From: Candidatus Bathyarchaeia archaeon
GTDB lineage: Archaea; Thermoproteota; Bathyarchaeia; Bathyarchaeales; Bathycorpusculaceae
Direction: 5' to 3'
Assembly (NCBI GenBank): GCA_049512935.1
Contig: JBEKWR010000006.1
Span: forward strand, 64,001-128,000
DNA length: 64,000 nt
Position 1 is the first letter of the stretch. The number at the start of each line of letters is the position of its first letter. The notes beneath the pieces are model-generated. The model was not told the origin of the DNA and searched no databases. It worked only from the letters and a program-made list of their open reading frames with translations. Positions 56,649-64,000 of this stretch are shown one piece after another. Made by a program: the position numbers and the translations under genes.

Positions 56649-57380
56649 TTAGAATGAATCAAGATGTACTTGATCGCTATCAAAGTTAGTTGAACGCAAA
56701 CTGAACATTACCGCTCTTTTTGCTCTGTACTTATCTCTTAAGCTTTCAAGGGAAATATTATCCCATGCTTTTAGATTAGGGTCTCCGATGAAACACATTA
56801 AAAACTCTTTGAAAAAACTGGCAGCTGATTTTGCATATAATTTGTTATTTTTAGAAAGTGAAGCAACGGAAGACGCAGGCACAACCACAAATCCTTTCAT
56901 ACTATATACAATCACAAAACTGGCAGGAGTAATTTGCAGCATGTCATTAGCCTGACCCTTCAGTCTGATAAATTCTTGATCGAAACCAAACTTAACTGAT
57001 GTCGGTCCTCTGAAAAATATTTGTGGCTGGGTTTTAAGAACCTTAATTGAATCACTTTCTTTCTTAGCTTGGCAAAGAAACCCTTTGGTTAGCTTATATC
57101 CCTCGATCTTTATGTCTAAGACCGCTATAAAATCAGCCCCGTATTTGTGCTCGGGCGCGTTTGGTCCCATATCTCTAAGGGTGCATACGTCAATCTTTAA
57201 TCCTTCTTTTTTCCACTTTTCAGAAATAACATGCTGAAGGACCCCTAAATATCGATCAGTAATACTAGGCTCAGTTTGTATTTTTCCTTGGTCCATGTCT
57301 CTAATAATCTCCTCTTCTGTCTGCTTGACGAGTTGACCAAAATGCCTGACGCCTCCTATAGCGATCAATCGAACACCCAA
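56649..57380 (-). CDS. PD-(D/E)xK-like nuclease
   Basis: TEPSITD...EHKYGADF...FLCQAK motif; AT-rich. Confidence 0.65.
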   Translation of the reverse strand: MGVRLIAIGGVRHFGQLVKQTEEEIIRDMDQGKIQTEPSITDRYLGVLQHVISEKWKKEGLKIDVCTLRDMGPNAPEHKYGADFIAVLDIKIEGYKLTKGFLCQAKKESDSIKVLKTQPQIFFRGPTSVKFGFDQEFIRLKGQANDMLQITPASFVIVYSMKGFVVVPASSVASLSKNNKLYAKSAASFFKEFLMCFIGDPNLKAWDNISLESLRDKYRAKRAVMFSLRSTNFDSDQVHLDSF

Positions 57381-57534
57381 GGTTCGATTATTATCTTTGC
57401 CAGCATAAAAGTCCTTTGCTTTTGTGTTCTTTGAAGAGACTAAGAAAGAACAGAATAAATCTCCTGTTAGCGAGGAAGCGGCAAGCCATCTTTGCCAAGT
57501 TTTTTAAGCAACTAATACGAATAAGTGAATCTCA

Positions 57535-57990
57535 ATGCTAACCCCTGTTAACTGCCAGTATTGTTCTGCGGAGACTAACTTGCAAAACGTTGAAAGCACA
57601 ACTTCTGACAAAATCACACTGAAACTCTACGAACACAATCAATCTCAAAAAATAATTATTCCAAAAAGGACAATCAACTGCCCATTTTGCCATCGGAAAT
57701 ATGAGTTAATAAAATTTCCTGATTTCAATTGGGTGAAGAGGAAGTTAAAGCCCACCAATACCATGCTTGAAAAGTTTAAAATGACGTTTCCAAATTCTGC
57801 GTTCGATCTTTTTTACGAAAATATTTTGGGCATAACAAAACCTCAAATTGGTCTCGGAGAAAGAGTTCTTAGACACCGGCACTATCACATTTGTTTCGAG
57901 CTTGAAGGAATAAGAGCGTACGTTGATTGCCAAGAGGCACAACTCGCCGACAACACTATATTGCAAGGGTTAGACATATACGAGGCTTGA
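57535..57990 (+). CDS. Zinc-finger hypothetical protein
   Basis: CQYC...CPFC; first gene of a tight three-gene operon. Confidence 0.65.
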   Translation: MLTPVNCQYCSAETNLQNVESTTSDKITLKLYEHNQSQKIIIPKRTINCPFCHRKYELIKFPDFNWVKRKLKPTNTMLEKFKMTFPNSAFDLFYENILGITKPQIGLGERVLRHRHYHICFELEGIRAYVDCQEAQLADNTILQGLDIYEA

Positions 57991-57995
57991 TTAGA

Positions 57996-58577
57996 TTGGC
58001 TACAGAAAAAGTGGATTCAAAAGGAATAGAAGCCTATTCAGATGGTACAGTGGTTTATGATTACGAAGAGGCAAAAAGGATAATTAGTGAACTTAAGCCA
58101 AAGAAACATGCCGTTTCTGACTGTATTTTGCTTACGCTTTATGCTCAACCAGATAAACCGGTTTTTGGAAGAGTCTTAATGGTAAAGGAAGTATTCCTCT
58201 TGATGAAAGAGATTCTCAACCAAAGCGAAATTCAGGATGCCAAATTTGTTCCCTACCATTTGGGAATGTACAGTTTCACAGTTGGCAATGCATTGACTAA
58301 TCTCGAGTATTCTGGGTTCATAGAACGCAAAGGCAAGAAAAATACCAAACTTGAACAATTTGAGCTGACCAAAAAAGGTAAAGAATACACTTCCAAAGTC
58401 TGGAGAACGCTTTCACCCCACACTCAAGAAATTGCGAAAGAGAAAAGAAAGGGATGGGACCAATTAGGGTACGACGGGATATTACGGCTTGTCTACCAGA
58501 AATATCCAGAATTCAAAGAAAAATCGTGCCTTAAAGATCGATACAAAACTATTACATGGGGAAAGGGTGTTGGATGA
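57996..58577 (+). CDS. Panacea/SocA (DUF4065)-like winged-helix antitoxin
   Basis: GRVLMVKEVFLL, FVPYHLGMYS, L...GFI, FELTKKG and VYQKYPEF pattern; TTG start inferred. Confidence 0.7.
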   Translation: MATEKVDSKGIEAYSDGTVVYDYEEAKRIISELKPKKHAVSDCILLTLYAQPDKPVFGRVLMVKEVFLLMKEILNQSEIQDAKFVPYHLGMYSFTVGNALTNLEYSGFIERKGKKNTKLEQFELTKKGKEYTSKVWRTLSPHTQEIAKEKRKGWDQLGYDGILRLVYQKYPEFKEKSCLKDRYKTITWGKGVG

Positions 58578-59791
58578 GAATTAATGAGGTAAAAGTAAAG
58601 TCGATTGATGACAGTTCAAAGTTCCTTTATCCTAACAGGACGATCGAAATCAAAACCTCAAAACAAGATATCTTGACGCCAATCAGAGCTTCAACCGATT
58701 CTGAGTATAGACAAAAAGCACTAATACCCACAGACCTTCCCATAGAAAATCCCATCTCGATTGCAATTGAAGAATTAAACGCAAGGCAATTCGACAAGTT
58801 TATGAATGAAAATGGGTATTTTGCTAAGCTAACTAGCCGTGCTGAACTGAAAAACCGCCTTTCACAATACTCAAACCTTAGTTTGTTTTTGCTCAAACCA
58901 ACCAAATCCGACATAAAGGACCAGATAACAGGCGAAATTCGCTTTTCACCGATGACTCTTCTAAAACAAAATCCAATGCTACTCGAACGTTTTTTAAGAG
59001 TTAACGTTAGAATGCAACAAGAGGCTGGATTAAGCCCAATTTCGATCCCGTTCATTGACTTACCGTTTAAGGAATATTCAAATCTGATAATCAAACTTGA
59101 TAGGGACTTAGAAAAAATAAATGAGCAACCAGTATTTTTCATTGATATGAATTACAAAGATTTTGAAAAAGCCCTAAAATTAATTGTTAACACACTGAGA
59201 CTTAATCTAGTTGGTTTGTATTTTCAATCTTATCGACGCGCTCACATTAGCTATGAAGTGCTACGAAATTTTGTAAGGACCGATGTCGCTTTTTTCGCTA
59301 TACAAGTTGAAAGAGTTGGATTAAATGAGCTTTCCACAATGCATTATCTTCCATTCTTCGGAAACGATATTTATTCCGTTGAGAAACCAAGAGGTTTTTT
59401 GGAGATAGACCCATTAACTGGTAAACCTAAGAAGTTCATGATTTATAAACCCGAAAACGTTCGATTGTTTGATAAGAAAAGTTTGCAAGTCAGACATATA
59501 GCCGCTGACCCTTCTTTGGTTGAAAATTTGTCAGACGAATATAGGCAAGATCCTTTAATACCGACTGTTTTGCAAAACTATCAAGAAGCGACAACAAAAG
59601 AAAAATACGAAATTTTAAATGCTTTTTCAAAAATAAGCGAACTCAACGACAGCTCGTTGGAGTTTAAAAATTTCCAAAAATTCATTAAACAAAATTCTAC
59701 AAAAGACTATATTGATGAAAAGCCTGCTCTGAAGAAAACTTTGCGGGACGTTACAGGGCACCAGGTAAACGTTAACTGGAACTTCACTTGA
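58574..59791 (+). CDS. Hypothetical protein, possible TGT-like TIM barrel
   Basis: N-terminal RTIEIKTSKQDILTP resembles the TGT 'RxGxLxTxxGxIxTP' start; alternating beta/alpha pattern; no DSGG motif; ATGA overlap with upstream gene. Confidence 0.5.
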   Translation: MRINEVKVKSIDDSSKFLYPNRTIEIKTSKQDILTPIRASTDSEYRQKALIPTDLPIENPISIAIEELNARQFDKFMNENGYFAKLTSRAELKNRLSQYSNLSLFLLKPTKSDIKDQITGEIRFSPMTLLKQNPMLLERFLRVNVRMQQEAGLSPISIPFIDLPFKEYSNLIIKLDRDLEKINEQPVFFIDMNYKDFEKALKLIVNTLRLNLVGLYFQSYRRAHISYEVLRNFVRTDVAFFAIQVERVGLNELSTMHYLPFFGNDIYSVEKPRGFLEIDPLTGKPKKFMIYKPENVRLFDKKSLQVRHIAADPSLVENLSDEYRQDPLIPTVLQNYQEATTKEKYEILNAFSKISELNDSSLEFKNFQKFIKQNSTKDYIDEKPALKKTLRDVTGHQVNVNWNFT

Positions 59792-59952
59792 GGGCCCAAG
59801 AAGTGGGCTCGCAAAGTAAGAATTTCGGATAGGATTGTTATTGTGGCCCAACTTGGCTTTGTGAGGCACGCAAAGACAAGTATCTAAATTAGACATAAGA
59901 GGCACGAGGCAAAAGTTTTAAGTTTAGTAATCTGTATTTTGGTGGTGTTGTA

Positions 59953-60984
59953 TTGTCTTATTCACGGTTTCTTATTGCCAACATCACATGGAATGATTCA
60001 GGTTGGAAGAATATATACGTGAATCCTAAAGCGGGTCATCTTTATGCAAAGACTCATCCTGGGCATGAAACGCTTAATTTCAAATTTGACAAGAAGGGAA
60101 TCGATACTTTAGACAAAGTATATGGATATGTTCAATGGGTCGGCGCTCCGACTAGGCTGGACAAGGAGGCAGTTATCTTCTTCTACACAAAAAACCTTAC
60201 AAGTTGGACAAATGAAATCGTTGGAGTTTATGGCAATGTCGAAGTCATAAAGCCTGCACTGGAAACCGCCTGGCTAGGATTTGAGAATGGTAAACTTTTT
60301 TCAAACATAGTGGCTGACAAGAATCTATCATTACTCTTTCCGGTGCCGCTGGACGCAGACAAGTATTTGAGTGGCAAAAGGCTTGTTCCAGAAGCTGGAT
60401 TTAGATACGTTAACTTGGGTCTCGCTCGACAGATAATAGCAGATGAACTCGAGAAAGCAACATTGTCAGGGATAGCAAGAGAGCATTTTGATAAATTGGT
60501 CAGAATATTCGAATTCGTCACTGGGGAGACTTATGAAGAGAACTACCCAGCCGATAAATCAGTCACTCAACAAATTGAACTTGAGAAAGAAATTCTGAGG
60601 GACCTTACGGGCGAGAAGCGAAAGAAGTTGATCGAGGAGTTGAAGGCGCTAACTCCTTCAATGTCTCAGCAGGTTGTAATAAATGGCAAGACATATGATA
60701 GAGACAACAAAACTATCGTAGCCCTCAAGATTCTGCGCGACTTCAAATGCCAAATATGTGGAAACTCAATTTTGAAAAAGAACGGTGAGCATTACGTCGA
60801 AGCCGCACATATAAGAAGAAAAAGCGAGAAGGGCCCAGAGACTCCTGACAACATTCTAGTACTATGCCCAAACCATCACAAGGAGTTCGATTTGGGTAAC
60901 AGGAACTTAATCAATCACTCTGCCGAAAGAATTGTCTTTGAACTAAATGGTAACAAATATGACATTGACCTTTCTCTCAGCTGA
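59953..60984 (+). CDS. HNH endonuclease with N-terminal putative recognition domain (McrA-like)
   Basis: CQICG...YVEAAHI...DNILVLCPNHHKEFD. Confidence 0.85.
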   Translation: MSYSRFLIANITWNDSGWKNIYVNPKAGHLYAKTHPGHETLNFKFDKKGIDTLDKVYGYVQWVGAPTRLDKEAVIFFYTKNLTSWTNEIVGVYGNVEVIKPALETAWLGFENGKLFSNIVADKNLSLLFPVPLDADKYLSGKRLVPEAGFRYVNLGLARQIIADELEKATLSGIAREHFDKLVRIFEFVTGETYEENYPADKSVTQQIELEKEILRDLTGEKRKKLIEELKALTPSMSQQVVINGKTYDRDNKTIVALKILRDFKCQICGNSILKKNGEHYVEAAHIRRKSEKGPETPDNILVLCPNHHKEFDLGNRNLINHSAERIVFELNGNKYDIDLSLS

Positions 60985-62336
60985 AATGAGCCGACCTGCA
61001 TTTAAATCCACTAAGAAGATCAGCCTTGGCTGCTAGCGTCAGCTTTTCTTTATATTCAATCCCTTAGGGTTCGTACCTGTAGTTCATTGAACTTAAAAGA
61101 TAGATGAACAAACTGCCTACGAAGCGCAGTGTAGGGGTAAATGAAAGTGAATATCTCCCCTCTAAAAACAAAAGCATTATTAAATTTGGCTGAATTTAAT
61201 GATAGCAAGAGCTGGAACCAATAAGTTTAAGAAGCAACCGCTCTGAGAACTTTTTGTGGACGCAAACTTAGAACGCTTTAGGACTGAGACGAAACCGTTT
61301 GTCGATGATTGGCGGTCGATCGACATTCGAGTAATCGCGTCTCAAGTAGCTGACACATGGATGCTGGCGGTAGAATGCACAGAACAGGAGATTGACATAA
61401 GCAATAGACTCTCAAAACTTGCCACAAGAACAAAACTTAGTTGCTGCTATACCAAATATTTCTATCTTACCTGTCATAAAGTTCGCAAGAGCGATGCTCA
61501 ATGATGCTGATAAAGAAAAAGCAGAAAAAGAAAAGATAGGCATCCTTACATTAGATAATTTCGAGGGCTTACCTCAATTGGCCATTGAAGGCGGCGATTC
61601 AAATAAGGTCCGTGACTTTAGTCTGAGACTTGTTTTTGAGTTACTGACTGAGAAATCTATTCTATCTTGTCTCTTTTTGCAAGATTGCGCCTAGCACAAA
61701 GTAGTTGGATATTTTCAGCAATAAGAGAGGACCCACCTTTGTGATGGCTATCAGTTGTAAATAGCCGATTTTGCAATTATTTGTATGTTGAAAAAGCCTT
61801 GTTCCACATGAAAAGTGCGGATGCCGACTGCATGTTGAACTATGTTGTTTCAAATTTGGGGCATATTAGAAGCATATTGTTGACCGGAAGGTAGAAGTTG
61901 CAAAAATACAAACGGAACGGTCCGAGGCGTGTTTTTTTTTGTCTATTCAGCTCGCTTAGATACACCTATTTGGATAGTCTAATGGACCGTAGGGGTAGGC
62001 GGGACGAAAAATGGAAAACAGGCTTTTGCCTTGTTGTTGATGTTGTTGTTGATGAAACAATTATTTTTGCCGCAAACCGAAAGAACTAGCCTCTCAGACC
62101 AGTCGTCGTTGTTGAGGAGATAAAGGGCAATTTTCCTTCTTTCCAAAAAACATAACCTCTGGTTGGCTCAAACGGAGCAGGGTAGCATATATTGAAAAAA
62201 TCCACCACAAAAAGCAAAAAAGGTTGTTGTTGACGAACTATTTTCTCGCTTTCCAGAAATTAGAACGCACGCTTCAACAAAATGGGCATAATTACCACAA
62301 CTTCCCTTTGTTACCCTGCAAAAACAGCAGAGGCAT

Positions 62337-62579
62337 TCAAGACCCAGATAAAACGCCGACTACTTTCATCCGTTCAACGGCTTCTTCACCGTGAGGCGCA
62401 ATCTCCAGAGCCATCGTTAAATCCTGACCAGCCTCATGTCCCAAGTGGTCGCCGTCCAGCCACTGGCTCGAACCAGTTACGTCGTAAACCTTGCCCTTAT
62501 AAGCGATGTAGGCAGGCTGCCCGTTTTTGCCGTTAAATTTGCTCAGGTCATCCATGGTGAACGTTTGCAGCTTCTCCAA
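62337..62579 (-). CDS. Cytochrome b5-like heme/steroid-binding protein
   Basis: FTMDDLSKFNGKNGQPAYIAYKGKVYDVT...H..HEAGQDLT....APHG. Confidence 0.92.
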   Translation of the reverse strand: MEKLQTFTMDDLSKFNGKNGQPAYIAYKGKVYDVTGSSQWLDGDHLGHEAGQDLTMALEIAPHGEEAVERMKVVGVLSGS

Positions 62580-62705
62580 AATCTCAACTCCTTAACTGTA
62601 TATCTTGACCAAAAGTCAAAAACTCTAGTCGCAGTTAACAGGTATAACTCTTGCGGTTACGAAGTCCCCTTCGAAAACGCGTCTAAGCGCACATGATTTA
62701 GGATT

Positions 62706-63716
62706 TCACTGCCTGCCCTTGACTTGGAGCGTTTCCGCGGCTTTTTGCGCCCATTTTGAATCTTTCCACAAAGCTCTACCCACCGCTACCAAGTCAACTT
62801 TCCCGTCACGGATCAGCCTATCAGCGAATTCAGCATCGCGAATCCCGCCCACACCGATCACGGGAACCTTAACCGCCGCCTTAATTCGGCTAGCCTGCGG
62901 AACAAAATAGCCCACAACCCGCCGAAGCTGCTTTGGTTCGCTTCCACACATGCCGCCAGACACGTCAATCACATCAACCCCCGCCTGCTCCAGCCGAACG
63001 GCAAACGCGACGGAATCTTCAATTTGGGTTCCGTTAGGAGCCAAATCATCCGCTCCCAGCCTGTAGAGCAGCAACTTGTCGCTGAGGCTTTCTCGAACCT
63101 TCTTTACAACTAAAAGTGGAAAACGCATTCTGTTCTCCAATGAACCGCCGAACTCATCCGTTCGCTCATTTATCAGAGGTGAGAAGAACTGGTTAAGCAG
63201 GTACCCGTGCGCTCCGTGAAGTTCAACCCCGTCGAAACCAGCCTTAACCGCTCGTTCTGCTGCGGAAGCAAACTCCTCGGCGATGGCGTGCATCTCGCTG
63301 ACTTCCAAGCTTCTGGTTTTGCCTCGTGCAGAAGGACCCGCGGGCTGGGCGCCGATGACTTTTTTGTTGGCAACTCCGCCTGCATGAGTAATCTGAATCA
63401 CAGCCGGGGCGCCAACGTAATGAATTGACGTGGCAAGCTTCTCAAGGCCATTTATCAGCGAGTCATCGTAGATTCCCAACTGCTTTGGCCCGATCTTCCC
63501 GAACCGTGAAATGTACGAGTGCTCAATAATCGGCAACCCCACATAAGCCACGCGCCTCACGTAGAAGCTAATCAGCCTGCTTGTGACTTCTCCCTCAAAC
63601 GAGGCTCGACCCGACTGCATCGGAGCCATAACAATACGATTCCGCAAGGTTACGCTTTTCACGGGCAAAGGATCAAGAAGCCCCAACAGCCAACACCATG
63701 TCATTAGGCTTGCCAA
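62706..63716 (-). CDS. NADH:flavin oxidoreductase (Old Yellow Enzyme family)
   Basis: LRNRIVMAPM, QITHAG, AGFDGVELHGAHGYLLNQF, RTDEFGGSLENRMRF. Confidence 0.95.
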   Translation of the reverse strand: MASLMTWCWLLGLLDPLPVKSVTLRNRIVMAPMQSGRASFEGEVTSRLISFYVRRVAYVGLPIIEHSYISRFGKIGPKQLGIYDDSLINGLEKLATSIHYVGAPAVIQITHAGGVANKKVIGAQPAGPSARGKTRSLEVSEMHAIAEEFASAAERAVKAGFDGVELHGAHGYLLNQFFSPLINERTDEFGGSLENRMRFPLLVVKKVRESLSDKLLLYRLGADDLAPNGTQIEDSVAFAVRLEQAGVDVIDVSGGMCGSEPKQLRRVVGYFVPQASRIKAAVKVPVIGVGGIRDAEFADRLIRDGKVDLVAVGRALWKDSKWAQKAAETLQVKGRQ

Positions 63717-64000
63717 GGAACTATAAGAACATAATTCAAAGGAAACAAAAACGCGCTCAAGAACCCGCTGACTACCCTGCTTTAAGCCATTAACCAGCTT
63801 TCGGGTGCCAAGTGCTTATTTGGGCGGAAGAGGCGTGCGTGAACACTTGGCAAGGCTTGGAAGCATGGCACGTGAGCTATCCCCCCACATTTAAGCGCTG
63901 CATCATCCTTGGCAAACTGCCACTCCGACCAACGCTTGTTTAATAGCTCAACAGGCTTTCTTTCAATTTTACCCTTGCCGTATCCACCTGAACCTCCTCC

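Noticed and set aside
50757-59791. Dpd 7-deazaguanine DNA modification system (QueD + FolE2 + TGT-like protein)
   Set aside because: The TGT-like ORF lacks the DSG catalytic motif, no queC/queE/dpdB/dpdC are present, and queD/mptA fit the pterin cluster better
63780-64000. Partial minus-strand gene at the window end
   Set aside because: Two frames are plausible and neither has a recognisable motif

Overview
Archaeal chromosomal segment. Gene content suggests a TACK archaeon, most likely Bathyarchaeia (inference from the unlinked 5S rRNA, DUF1512, type II Map, NucS, methanopterin genes and zinc-ribbon membrane proteins). Core genes (map, 5S rRNA, divergent tRNA-Ile/tRNA-Arg, mscL, nucS, marC, ABC exporter) alternate with accessory blocks. 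Main observations: (1) a translationally coupled operon of a short, apparently hinge-less SMC5/6-like ATPase, a kleisin and an Nse1/3-like KITE (14.2-17.6 kb). (2) Cargo-carrying IS6-type elements with GATACTGTTAA termini: a complete 3,557-bp element (46584-50140; 24-bp perfect TIRs, 9-bp target duplication) and a transposase-less relative (28354-29672). Both carry nuclease-fold cargo next to small structured RNAs behind their own TATA boxes, which is the best candidate for an undescribed system. (3) A ~255-nt structured non-coding element in front of a mosaic glycosyltransferase cluster. (4) A pterin/methanopterin cluster with a CEx2HGH-type QueD/PTPS and two RFAP-synthase paralogues. (5) An AT-rich defence-like island with a Panacea-like antitoxin coupled to a TGT-like protein, plus HNH and PD-(D/E)xK nucleases. 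Several unannotated microproteins, frameshifted genes and relic gene ends were also found. All family calls come from reading motifs by eye; no searches or folding programs were run.
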